DNA of 59,962 nt, from positions 1 to 59,962 of IMG/VR virus record IMGVR_UViG_3300044796_000261; one strand, given 5' to 3'. Below the pieces are notes generated by a model, which was not told where the DNA came from, made no database searches, and was given only the letters and a program-made list of their open reading frames with translations. The DNA comes from a virus. Lineage: Duplodnaviria; Caudoviricetes. The translations under genes and the position numbers were made by a program. Each line of letters begins with the position of its first letter. The stretch's first letter is position 1. Shown here one piece after another: positions 8,939 to 18,045 of this stretch.

Positions 8939-11360
8939 CCTTTCGCACGTACCAAAACCTAGCCTTGGTGTGCTTGTCGGCCTCCGAGGACAGACGCAGC
9001 CCGCCGTGCACCTGGCCCTCGCGCGCCTTGAGGGCTTTGCCGAACCGGATGGGGTCCGGGGGAAAGCCGCCCTTGGCCGCGGAAAGGCTCTCGATGGCCT
9101 CGCGGAGTTCTTCCCACCCGTCGGGCGGCTCTTCGCGTCGAGGGGCCGGGTAGATCAGGTCCAGAATCTCTTTGACGCGGAGAGGCTTCTGCGCGAGTCG
9201 AGGTAGCTCGCGCACGAGCGTGGCGAGGGAGGCGAACTCGTCGCTTGCGCCCTTCTCCGTGGTGCCGATGCACTCGAGTACGTTCGGTCCCCCCGCGTAC
9301 GCGATGGCGTTCGGAATGAGCTTTGACCACGCGTAAAAGCTCTGCATCGTTCCAAGGCCGGCGTCGGGGTAGCCGTGGCAGGCGAACGAGCGGAGGATGG
9401 TGAGCGCGGCGACCATGAGGCGTGGTCGCTCCGCAAGCGTCCAGGTCGGGAGATCCTCGTGCTGAAACGATGTGCGCTTGGTCGGATCTTCGCTGTCCGG
9501 CTCGATGCGGCAGAAGAGCGACCGGCGCAGCATGTCCTCGGTCATGGTCATGTTGTTGCCGGTGACGAGCACGGTCGCGATCCACGGGACGCTGATGTCT
9601 TCGGTCCGGCCCAGGACACGTTGCCGGAGCTCGCCCGTAGTAATGACGCCCTCGATGGGGGCGCCGCCGAACTCGCCCTTGACGTTGTCGAAGAACGCCA
9701 CGGGAGACGCGGAAACCGCGGCAGAAAGGACGGTTTTTCGCTGCTCGTCCTCGTCGTGAGGGAAGCTCGATTTCGCGGCCATGCGCCCGGTCGCGATGAT
9801 GTGTGCGCAGTCGCCCTGCATGGTCTTGCCGCTGCCTTGGATGCTCGCCTCGAACGCGAAGACAGGTACGGTTCCAGATATGGCCGCGCGGGCGAGGATG
9901 GTCAGGATGGCCGCGATCGGGACGTAGCTCATGGCCTCGTTGACGTATGGGAAGTCGCAGAACACGTGCCGCAGACTCTCGAGAGCGAGTCGCGCATCCT
10001 GCTGCGTTGGCTCGCTCGGAACCGGCGGATACTCGCACGAAGGACGGTACAAATAACCGGTAGCCTCGTCGTATCCTGGCGTCTGGCAGATGGTACCGTC
10101 TGGCCTGAAAATAGGGGATTCCGTGATGCCTGTCAGTGGCCGGATGCGGTCCCATCGTCCGAAGGCCAGCATGGGCATAATGGCCGTCTCGGCGTTGGCG
10201 CGCGTTGGTACCCACTCCCCTTGCGCGCGGTTGCCCAAGGTGTCGGCCAGCGCGATGGCTTTCTTGTCCGGTGGCTGGAATCGTACGCACCGGAGCCTTT
10301 GCGCTACGCGCGTCTCGAGCGAGTGCTTGTTCAGAGCGCGAAGCGTGGGGGCGCCGATGGGCACGAGTCCTGGCTTGCGCTCCGCGAGTACTTCCACGAG
10401 CTGAAACCCACGCTGGAACACATCCGGATCGTGCTCGGCCAGCGCGGCATCGAGCGCAGTCACGTTCTTGTAGCTGTCGACGGTGAGCCGGACCTCGGGT
10501 CTCGGATCATCGTCTTGCGGCGCGACCGGCTCGTGGTCAAGCCATGCGGGAGGCGTGGGCGCCGGGGGCGCGGCCACGAAGACAGGCATCGGCATGGGCA
10601 CGAGCGCGTCGAGCGTTCCGCCATGCACCGGGCCGAGAAGGTCCGACACGTCCTTGCATGGTGCAGGGGACTCCCAGCACGAGACGGTCGCATGGGCAGA
10701 CAATGCGTCGTGCACCTGCCGCGCATGCCGGCGCCCTGGGTCGTCCGCGTCCGCGATGACGACGACGGTGCGCCCGCGAAGAACCGTCGAGGCGACACCA
10801 GAGACGGTGTGCCATTTCCCGGCCCCTCCGGCGTTGCACGTGGCCACGAGCCCGCGCGATACGAGCGTGGCGACGTCCTTCTCTCCCTCGACGATGTAGA
10901 CAGTTTGGTCGGTCGGCGCTTCGAGGAGTTCCGGAAGCCGGTAGAGAACGCGCCGCGTGTCGCCGAGTTTCCACGCCCAGCCGCCGGGGCTCGACGGGTC
11001 GGGCCGACGCTGAAGGAACTTTTTACCGGCCTTGCGGACCACCTGATAGAGCAGGTTTCCGGCTTCGTCGCGGTAGTCGTAGGTCGCTTCGATCTCGCCG
11101 TAGCTCGCGATGGCCGGTCCGTGCTCGACGCCGCACCGGCAGGCGCCACGCATCATGTGCCGGTAGGTCGGCGGGTCGCCGTCTCCTATCTCGAGGCGAC
11201 CGGCGTGCTCCTCGCGCGTGCACCTGCACCAAAGTCCGTCGTCGGACGTGAAACCCGAGCATCGCTTGCCTTGCCCGCGCGGCGCCTCGTCGAAGCCCCC
11301 GCAGACCGGGCACGGATGCCCGCGCACGTGGCGGTTTTGACGGGGAACGCCGGTGGTCAT
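8925..11360 (-). CDS. DNA primase (Zn-binding + TOPRIM) fused to a P-loop helicase-like domain
   Basis: CPVCGG; VYIVEGEKD, IADADDPG, KDVSD; C-terminal QGSGKT, FFDNV, TGNN. Confidence 0.85.
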   Translation of the reverse strand: MTTGVPRQNRHVRGHPCPVCGGFDEAPRGQGKRCSGFTSDDGLWCRCTREEHAGRLEIGDGDPPTYRHMMRGACRCGVEHGPAIASYGEIEATYDYRDEAGNLLYQVVRKAGKKFLQRRPDPSSPGGWAWKLGDTRRVLYRLPELLEAPTDQTVYIVEGEKDVATLVSRGLVATCNAGGAGKWHTVSGVASTVLRGRTVVVIADADDPGRRHARQVHDALSAHATVSCWESPAPCKDVSDLLGPVHGGTLDALVPMPMPVFVAAPPAPTPPAWLDHEPVAPQDDDPRPEVRLTVDSYKNVTALDAALAEHDPDVFQRGFQLVEVLAERKPGLVPIGAPTLRALNKHSLETRVAQRLRCVRFQPPDKKAIALADTLGNRAQGEWVPTRANAETAIMPMLAFGRWDRIRPLTGITESPIFRPDGTICQTPGYDEATGYLYRPSCEYPPVPSEPTQQDARLALESLRHVFCDFPYVNEAMSYVPIAAILTILARAAISGTVPVFAFEASIQGSGKTMQGDCAHIIATGRMAAKSSFPHDEDEQRKTVLSAAVSASPVAFFDNVKGEFGGAPIEGVITTGELRQRVLGRTEDISVPWIATVLVTGNNMTMTEDMLRRSLFCRIEPDSEDPTKRTSFQHEDLPTWTLAERPRLMVAALTILRSFACHGYPDAGLGTMQSFYAWSKLIPNAIAYAGGPNVLECIGTTEKGASDEFASLATLVRELPRLAQKPLRVKEILDLIYPAPRREEPPDGWEELREAIESLSAAKGGFPPDPIRFGKALKAREGQVHGGLRLSSEADKHTKARFWYVRKVSSP

Positions 11361-11668
11361 GCGATGGCCGCGAGGGCCTCAGCGACGGACCGGGCGACGA
11401 CGTACATGCCTCCGGCTGATTCGACAGCGCGTTGCCACGCGACTTGCTCTGGAGTCTGCCGGCCCGATGGCGTCTTGACTTCGACGGCAAGGAACCGTCC
11501 GGACGGCTTCAGGATGCCAACGAGGTCCGCGCCGCCGGCACCAAGACCGAAAGACACCCATCGCTGCCCGGACTTGAGGCGCCCGGTATTGTTGCGCCAG
11601 AGTACGACGCGGCCCGTCTCGCGCATCGCGACGTGAATCGCTTGCATGAGGGCGGTCTCAGTGGGCAT
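11357..11668 (-). CDS. VRR-NUC family nuclease
   Basis: GGADLVG...FLAVEVKTPSGRQTPEQ, PD-(D/E)xK pattern. Confidence 0.88.
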   Translation of the reverse strand: MPTETALMQAIHVAMRETGRVVLWRNNTGRLKSGQRWVSFGLGAGGADLVGILKPSGRFLAVEVKTPSGRQTPEQVAWQRAVESAGGMYVVARSVAEALAAIA

Positions 11669-13136
11669 CGAACCCGACCTCCGCGCACGCGCGCCGGAAC
11701 GTGACCATGTCCAGGTCTTCTTGGTAGACCGCGCGCCATTTGTACCTTACTGAGGTCGCCTTGTGGCCTTGCAGCTTTGCAGCCTTTAGCCATCTAAGTA
11801 AAGTCTCCTTCCTTTGCGTTTCCCCCTGCGCAATCATGCGCGCGTACTTGACGAGCGGGTCTTGCGTGATCTCTGTCGTGCCTCGCTCGCGCTCCTCTTC
11901 CTCAGGCGAATACCCGCACGCTGCGCACGGGTAAGCCCCGCCTTGGAGGATGGCCTTGCACACCTTGCAGAGCGCGACTTCGGTGGTCGAGATGCCTCGC
12001 CCTTCGAGCTTGTAGACGCGCTCGTCTTCGGGCATCCCCCACACGTGAGAGACGCCTTGCAGGTCGAGGAGCATTGCCTTGGATTTGCCAGCGTGAGGGC
12101 GAAGTACGCGACCCACCATTTGCAGGTAGGTTCCAGCCGTCGATGCGCCGCGCGCAAGGATGCAGCATTGAGCCATCGTGAGGTCCGTGCCCTCGGTGAA
12201 GATGTAGACGTTGCATAGAACACGAACGCCGCCGGAGCGGAAGGCCTCGAGGATGGCCGCACGCTTGTCCCGCGGCGTGCGTTCACTAACCGCGGCAGAC
12301 CGGTACCCGGCCGCGGTGAACCGTTCCGCGTAGGCTTCCGCTTCGTCGACCGTGAGCGCGAAGAGGAGGCCCTGCTGTCCGCGTGCGTGCTCGAGGTAAG
12401 CGTCGAGCGGGTCTTTCGCGAGGGGATTTCCTTTCATCCGCTTGGCCTTGAGCCACGTGCCTGGCCTCACGACCTCGCACGGCACGAGGTGCTCTTCCGC
12501 CGTGAGCTGGCGGACGCTGACGCCGACGACGATGCGATCAAAAAGCGGTGCGAGCCCGGCGCCGTCGGCCCGCTCGGGGGTGGCCGTGAGCCCGAGCATG
12601 CGCACGCCGTGATACGCCTGGATGAGCGATGCCCACTCGGGCGCTCCCTCGCTCGCGTGGTGGCACTCGTCCCATACAATGCCGTCCGCGGGTGGCCGGT
12701 GCTCGCGGGCGAGGAGAGTCTGGATGCTCGCGACCTGCACGGGAGCCGACGGATTGGCCGGCCACGCGCTCGATGCTGCGACGGCTCCCACGTCGAGACC
12801 TTGTCCGTGCAGAGCCGCGCAAGCTTGCCCGACGAGCTCCGTGCGGTGCGCAAGCCAGAGCCAGCGTTTGCCCTTGGCCACCCCGGCTCGCACGACCTCG
12901 GCGCCGGTCCGTGTTTTCCCCGATCCGGTCGGCATGACGAGGCAGACGCGCTGTCCGCCGTCGGCCATCGACTTACGGACGCGCGCAATGGCGTCGATTT
13001 GATATGGACGAAGACCCAGGCTGCACCTCCTACGCGACCGAAGCGGCCCTAGCCATGAGACGCTACACGACGAGCGGTGAAGTTCGCCCGGAGGAAGGAG
13101 CCCTCTCGTCGTGCAGCCTCCGATGACCGGGGCCAT
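11658..13136 (-). CDS. Superfamily 2 DEAH helicase (true start probably near 13020)
   Basis: LRPYQ, PTGSGKT, DECHH, TAT, EGTD, QMVGRVLR; C-terminal CKVC..CAAC. Confidence 0.92.
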   Translation of the reverse strand: MAPVIGGCTTRGLLPPGELHRSSCSVSWLGPLRSRRRCSLGLRPYQIDAIARVRKSMADGGQRVCLVMPTGSGKTRTGAEVVRAGVAKGKRWLWLAHRTELVGQACAALHGQGLDVGAVAASSAWPANPSAPVQVASIQTLLAREHRPPADGIVWDECHHASEGAPEWASLIQAYHGVRMLGLTATPERADGAGLAPLFDRIVVGVSVRQLTAEEHLVPCEVVRPGTWLKAKRMKGNPLAKDPLDAYLEHARGQQGLLFALTVDEAEAYAERFTAAGYRSAAVSERTPRDKRAAILEAFRSGGVRVLCNVYIFTEGTDLTMAQCCILARGASTAGTYLQMVGRVLRPHAGKSKAMLLDLQGVSHVWGMPEDERVYKLEGRGISTTEVALCKVCKAILQGGAYPCAACGYSPEEEERERGTTEITQDPLVKYARMIAQGETQRKETLLRWLKAAKLQGHKATSVRYKWRAVYQEDLDMVTFRRACAEVGFDAH

Positions 13137-13335
13137 CCCCAGGACTTCACTCCAAGGGAAGAGTCAGACTACTACCGCGAACCGCTGAGCGAACGCAAGC
13201 GATGTGTGGCGTTTTGGGTGAGGCGATGTGGTAGGCGCGTGGCGCGAATGTCGCCTCGTTGCCCGATAGCAGACGCAACTTTCCCCTTGCGCAAACCGTG
13301 CGCGTGGCAATAATCAGCCTCGGAGGCGATAGGAC

Positions 13336-14667
13336 ATGAACATCAAGATCAGGTCGTGGCGAGACGGCAGGGTGCTTTGGCACGGCGAGGCCGAGTCGCT
13401 TAGGGACGCATTGAGTAATGCTGTTTTGGCGGGCGCGAACCTGACGGACGCGAACCTGGCGCGCGCGAACCTGGCGCGCGCGGACCTGGCGCGCGCGGAC
13501 CTGGCGGACGCGTACTTGGCGGGCGCGGACTTGGCGCGCGCGAACCTGGCGGGCGCGGACTTGGCGCGCGCGTACCTGGCGGACGCGAACCTGGCGGGCG
13601 CGAACCTGGCGGGCGCGAACCTGGCGCGCGCGAACCTGACGGACGCGAACCTGGCGGACGCGAACCTGGCGGGCGCGGACTTGGCGCGCGCGAACCTGGC
13701 GCGCGCGAACCTGACGGACGCGAACCTGGCGGGCGCGTACCTGGCGCGCGCGTACCTGGCGGACGCGGACTTGGCGGGCGCGGACTTGGCGGACGCGGAC
13801 TTGGCGCGCGCGAACCTGGCGCGCGCGAACCTGACGGACGCGAACCTGACGGACGCGGACTTGGCGGACGCGAACCTGACGGACGCGTACCTGGCGGACG
13901 CGGACTTGGCGGACGCGAACCTGGCGCGCGCGGACCTGGCGGACGCGTACTTGGCGGGCGCGAACCTGGCGCGCGCGGACCTGGCGGACGCGTACTTGGC
14001 GGACGCGAACCTGGCGCGCGCGGACCTGGCGGACGCGTACTTGGCGGGCGCGAACCTGGCGCGCGCGGACCTGGCGGACGCGTACTTGGCGGACGCGGAC
14101 TTGGCGGACGCGAACCTGGCGGGCGCGGACTTGGCGGACGCGGACTTGGCGGACGCGAACCTGGCGGGCGCGAACCTGACGGGCGCGAACCTGGCGCGCG
14201 CGTACCTGGCGGACGCGCGCAACGTTCCCTCCGCCGCGATGGGCGCTCCGGCGAAGACGTCCGAGCCGCGGCCGCCGCGAGACGACGCGGCGGCACGCGC
14301 GGCATGGACAGCGCACCGCAAGATGAGCACGGCGGAGCGCGCCGATGCGTACCGCGCTCGACATCCAAATGTACCCGTCGTCCCGCATCTCGACGCGAAG
14401 ATTCTCAGCCTCGTTGACACCGGCGAAGGCAAGCTCGACATGTCATCGGTCCACCTGTGCGAGACAACGCATTGCCGTGCCGGGTTCGCGGTGCACCTGG
14501 CCGGCGCGGCTGGGTACGCGCTAGAGAAGGAGCGAGGCTGGCGGGCAGCGGGCCGCGCGATCTACCTCGCCAGCACGGGGCGATACCCGCACTTCTTCGC
14601 GACCGACGAGCGGGCGCTCGAAGACATGCGGCGGTGCGCAGCCGAGGACGCGAAGGTGTCCGTATGA
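13336..14667 (+). CDS. Pentapeptide repeat protein
   Basis: About 52 A[NDY]L[AT][GDR] units; RBS GGAGG; C-terminal CETTHCRAG domain. Confidence 0.93.
   Translation: MNIKIRSWRDGRVLWHGEAESLRDALSNAVLAGANLTDANLARANLARADLARADLADAYLAGADLARANLAGADLARAYLADANLAGANLAGANLARANLTDANLADANLAGADLARANLARANLTDANLAGAYLARAYLADADLAGADLADADLARANLARANLTDANLTDADLADANLTDAYLADADLADANLARADLADAYLAGANLARADLADAYLADANLARADLADAYLAGANLARADLADAYLADADLADANLAGADLADADLADANLAGANLTGANLARAYLADARNVPSAAMGAPAKTSEPRPPRDDAAARAAWTAHRKMSTAERADAYRARHPNVPVVPHLDAKILSLVDTGEGKLDMSSVHLCETTHCRAGFAVHLAGAAGYALEKERGWRAAGRAIYLASTGRYPHFFATDERALEDMRRCAAEDAKVSV
13426..14217 (+). repeat. 15-nt tandem repeat tract encoding the pentapeptides
   Basis: Continuous GCG-(AAC/GAC/TAC)-(C/T)TG-(G/A)CG-(GGC/GAC/CGC) units. 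Confidence 0.95.
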
Positions 14668-14881
14668 GCACCCTCGAGCAAGACGCGGACGATCGCGAGA
14701 GCGGACCGCGCCTGAAGCGCCCCGTTTCGCGCAGACCTGATACGATTCCTGTGCGGGTGCCCATCGGCATCAAGGGCAAGCCTGCGCTCCGCGTCGCGGC
14801 GAAGGCGCCGGAATGGCTGGAGCGGGCGTGGGCGGGGGACCGGAGCGGGCTGCCCATGCGGCCGCCCACGACGCGTCGCTG

Positions 14882-15079
14882 ATGGCCGCCAAGACCACCC
14901 TCCCCAAGCGCTGGGCCGACCTGGCCGAGGCGTACGGCGGCGTGATCGCCTTCGCCGCGGAGTTGGGCGTTCATCCGTCCACGGTCTGGCGCTGGGGAAA
15001 CGGTGCCCGTAAGTTGCCGAAAACAGTACGGATGGCCCTGGCGTCTATGGCCGCGATGAAAAAGTTACCAGTGCCGTGA
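14882..15079 (+). CDS. Cro-like HTH protein
   Basis: YGGVIAFAAELGVHPSTVWRWGNGARK; TGATG coupling to the upstream ORF. Confidence 0.75.
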   Translation: MAAKTTLPKRWADLAEAYGGVIAFAAELGVHPSTVWRWGNGARKLPKTVRMALASMAAMKKLPVP

Positions 15080-15402
15080 CGAATTTCGTTGCGGGTCAAG
15101 GTTGCATATGGCAAGGTATCGGCATGAACAGCGCAGAACAGATTGTGCGGTTGGCGGTGGACGCGGCGGGTCAGGCGGCCGGGCGCGACGTTCGTCACGT
15201 GCGAAGGGATTCCTTCGTGAACATCCAAGCTCGGGCCGCCATCGCCTTGGCCCTCCTCGACCTCACGCTCTTTCCGAAGCCGTGGGAGCGCGACGACGCC
15301 GAGGAGCAGTACCGCGAGGCGTGCGAGGGTCCCGAGGTCGACCCGTACCGCGATCCTACCGTTTCGGAGCTTCGGTTCCAGCCGGAGAGGGAGTGGCCGT
15401 AA
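15076..15402 (+). CDS. Hypothetical protein (stop codon supplied by the IS right end)
   Basis: ORF in a + strand operon, ends PEREWP; start may be 15124. Confidence 0.5.
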   Translation: MTNFVAGQGCIWQGIGMNSAEQIVRLAVDAAGQAAGRDVRHVRRDSFVNIQARAAIALALLDLTLFPKPWERDDAEEQYREACEGPEVDPYRDPTVSELRFQPEREWP

Positions 15403-16627
15403 TCAACCCCGCCCTAAAGGGCGGAGCTTTGCAGATCAAGTCCATGGCTCACAACCACTTCAACCCTGTCCGCGTACGGCCGGATTACTTCGGCCCGGCG
15501 AGCTATTACCCTCGCCGCGTTGACGTCGGCATCCGCGGTGTGGCCGCACGAGAGGCACGCGAAGAGGTCGCGAGTCTTCCGGTTGGCCTTCTCGGCGTGG
15601 CCGCAGACGCGACACTCCCGGGAGGTGTTTCGCGGGTCGACGTGGCAGACTGGCAGTCCAGCACGGGCGGCTTTGTAGGCGATCTTCGTCTGAAGGTCAC
15701 CGAAGGCCCACGAGTGCAGGACGCGTCGCTGCGACCGGGAAGCTCTTATCCGCGAGCGGATGCCGTCGAGGTTCTCGAGGGCGATGCCGCGCGAGGTGCG
15801 TTCGGCTGTAGCCACGATCTGCTTAGAAATGCAGTGATTCACATGCGTGGAGAAACGACCCTCCTTGAGCCGTCTTTTGTGAAGCAGTCGCTTCGCGCTC
15901 TTAGTGCCCTTGGACTGGAGTCGTTGTCGAAGCTTGACGGCGCGACGTCGGAGAGCGTTGAGACTCGAGCCGCTGAAGTTGTCACCGTCACTTGTCGTAG
16001 CGATATTGACGATGCCGACGTCTACGCCGAGCCAGCCGAGAACCTTCTTCTCCTCGATATCGGGTACGTCGACAGAGACGAAGAGGTAGAACTTGGAGCC
16101 GCGGAGCACGAGGTCCGCCTCGCCTCGCTCGAAACCGAGAAGCGCACGCTGATGCTCGCCGCAGACGAATGGGATCGCTTGGCGCCCAGAGAGCGTCCAG
16201 AGGTTCGCAGCATCGCCCTTCCACGACAGGATACGCTGATCGTACGCGATCGACCCGAGCGGGCGAAAACGGCGCCTCACCTTCTTGTCGAGTTTGTAGG
16301 CGTCGGCAACCTTGGCGGTTGCACGCACGATCATTTGCGAGGACAGGTCAGGGAACGCAGCGCGAGCGTCACGGTAGACCAGCTTGTGCAGCGCGAATTG
16401 CCGGAAGATCTTGGCATCCCAGGCCTTGCCAGAAAGCCAGTCGCACGCCGCATTCGCGCGCCGCATCGTCGCGGTGAGCGATGCCGCTTGCTCGGCGGTC
16501 GGCTGCAACTTCACCTGCACGACAAGCTTCACCATGGTGACGTAGCACGCTCAAGACTTGAGGCAACACAACCAAGACGGGGCTTCCTCCCCGCCCTGAA
16601 GGACGGGGTTTCCGCCCCGGAGAGACA
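15399..16627 (-). mobile_element. Non-autonomous IS200/IS605 (IS1341-type, tnpB only) element, 1229 bp
   Basis: Left-end hairpin CCCCGTCCTTCAGGGCGGGG with guide GAAA and flanking TCAT. Right-end hairpin CTCCGCCCTTTAGGGCGGGG with guide AAAG and terminal TTAC. Both fit the IS608 guide/cleavage pairing rule. No tnpA. Confidence 0.9.
15414..16535 (-). CDS. tnpB: RNA-guided endonuclease TnpB, catalytic residues intact
   Basis: LGVDVG (D), IALENL (E), CRVCG..CLSCG zinc finger, ADADVNAA (D); 373 aa. Confidence 0.96.
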   Translation of the reverse strand: MVKLVVQVKLQPTAEQAASLTATMRRANAACDWLSGKAWDAKIFRQFALHKLVYRDARAAFPDLSSQMIVRATAKVADAYKLDKKVRRRFRPLGSIAYDQRILSWKGDAANLWTLSGRQAIPFVCGEHQRALLGFERGEADLVLRGSKFYLFVSVDVPDIEEKKVLGWLGVDVGIVNIATTSDGDNFSGSSLNALRRRAVKLRQRLQSKGTKSAKRLLHKRRLKEGRFSTHVNHCISKQIVATAERTSRGIALENLDGIRSRIRASRSQRRVLHSWAFGDLQTKIAYKAARAGLPVCHVDPRNTSRECRVCGHAEKANRKTRDLFACLSCGHTADADVNAARVIARRAEVIRPYADRVEVVVSHGLDLQSSAL

Positions 16628-16975
16628 ATGACCCCGATAGAAATGACCTTGATGCTTGCGGACGCCACGGGCCTTAGCCCGTCGACCATCGGCGAGCTGC
16701 CAGCGGTGAGCGCTGCCGCCATGCTAGCCGACGTGCGCAGGCCTCCCGGTCAGCGCGGAGCCAAGTGGACCCGCGGCGAGCTCGCGGCCATCGTCCGGAG
16801 CAACGACGGAGACGCGGCGCTCGAAGTCCTCAAGTACCTCGACGAGCGAGGGCCAAGGTGCGTGTCGTGGCTGGATGAGACCGTGCCTCGCGGCGGCATC
16901 GGTTGCGAGTGCCCGGGGGACTGCCCGGAGCATGGGGAGGCGGCGGTCGACGTCGCGAGCGCTGAGCCTGGGTGA
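16628..16975 (+). CDS. Hypothetical protein
   Basis: ATG immediately after the IS left end; CECPGDCPEHG motif. Confidence 0.55.
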   Translation: MTPIEMTLMLADATGLSPSTIGELPAVSAAAMLADVRRPPGQRGAKWTRGELAAIVRSNDGDAALEVLKYLDERGPRCVSWLDETVPRGGIGCECPGDCPEHGEAAVDVASAEPG

Positions 16976-17066
16976 TGGGCGGTCCGACGCATGCCTATCC
17001 GGTTCGTTCCCATGAGCACGTCTTTCCGCATGTTTGCGCCTTTCTGAGAAAATCGCCTCTATCCGC

Positions 17067-17094
17067 TTGACGCCCACGAATCCGGGCGTATGAT
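17067..17094 (+). promoter_or_regulatory. Sigma70-like promoter inside the IS1595 left end
   Basis: TTGACG-N16-TATGAT upstream of the passenger genes. Confidence 0.6.
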
Positions 17095-17159
17095 GTTTGT
17101 TGTGGGCAGCAGTTGAGGGCCCGCGAGACCACCACCGACCACCACCACGGAGCCTCCCA

Positions 17160-17423
17160 ATGATTATCACCGCCAAGTTTGCCTCTGTCTGCCCCTGCTG
17201 CAACGCCCGCATCGTCCCCGGCAGCAAGGTCGAGTGGAGCAAGGGCAGCCCGGCCAAGCACACGGCCTGCGGCGGCGCTGTGGCTGCCAGCCTGGCTCCC
17301 CGTACCTCGCGACGCTCCTATACGGCAGGGCGCTGGAATGGCTGCTCGTGCGGTGCGCGCGAGATGCCCGACGGCTCGCTGAGCCGCAACGCTTGTGCGT
17401 CGTGCCGATTTGACAACGAGTGA
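17160..17423 (+). CDS. Small Cys-rich passenger protein
   Basis: MIITAKFASVCPCC...H..C...CSCG...CASC; RBS GGAG. Confidence 0.65.
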   Translation: MIITAKFASVCPCCNARIVPGSKVEWSKGSPAKHTACGGAVAASLAPRTSRRSYTAGRWNGCSCGAREMPDGSLSRNACASCRFDNE

Positions 17424-17499
17424 ACCTCGCCGGTCGCGGTCGGGGCCTCGGAGACGGGACCCCGGACGCGGCAATCGAGCCGCACGAAAGACCACCACC

Positions 17500-18009
17500 A
17501 TGACCACCGACAAGATCAAGATCACGATGTCCGAGCGACGCCCAATCACGATCGACCCGAAGCTTTGGCCGGTGATCGCCCGGGCCGACTGGCACAACGG
17601 CCAGCACGAATTTCAGGCCAACACCATCCGCCGGATCAAGGTACGCCAGCACGCCGACGGACGGCGGATCGTCTATGGATTCCAGACGGCCGGCAACGGC
17701 GGACAGCCCATCGGGACGCGTAACCCGGCGGCGGGATTCCTCTTGCCCGCGGGCGCCGATACGATCCGGGCGATCCGCCGCGTGGGCGGTGTCATCGACG
17801 ACGACACGCTGGCCGACGAGTGCATCGCGGACCTGCCCGCGGAGGAGTTGGTCAACGAAGCGAGCCGCTTTGCTGAGCCCGGGATGAGGCTGGACGTGTC
17901 CGCCGACAAGCTGGGAGCCATTTACGCGCTGCTCGTCCGGGCCGCGGAGTACGTGCCCGAGCCGCTCAAGAGCGAGATCCGCGCAGCCATCACGGCCGGC
18001 GCCTCGTAA
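17500..18009 (+). CDS. Hypothetical passenger protein
   Basis: 169-aa ORF starting MTTDKIKITM, globular composition. Confidence 0.65.
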   Translation: MTTDKIKITMSERRPITIDPKLWPVIARADWHNGQHEFQANTIRRIKVRQHADGRRIVYGFQTAGNGGQPIGTRNPAAGFLLPAGADTIRAIRRVGGVIDDDTLADECIADLPAEELVNEASRFAEPGMRLDVSADKLGAIYALLVRAAEYVPEPLKSEIRAAITAGAS

Positions 18010-18045
18010 CGTTTCGCTCCTGCCCTCGACTCGCTCGGGGGCAGC

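Noticed and set aside
13426-14217. Possible second CRISPR array or DGR repeat
   Set aside because: Contiguous coding repeats with no spacers; no reverse transcriptase in the genome.
13147-14441. Three long antisense ORFs with RQVRA, ASARF and RPPGS repeats
   Set aside because: Shadows of the stop-free 15-nt pentapeptide repeat.
15102-16631. 509-aa + strand ORF over tnpB, and similar long antisense ORFs (9375-11636, 17167-19419, 39319-41244)
   Set aside because: Antisense shadows of motif-bearing genes in high-GC DNA.
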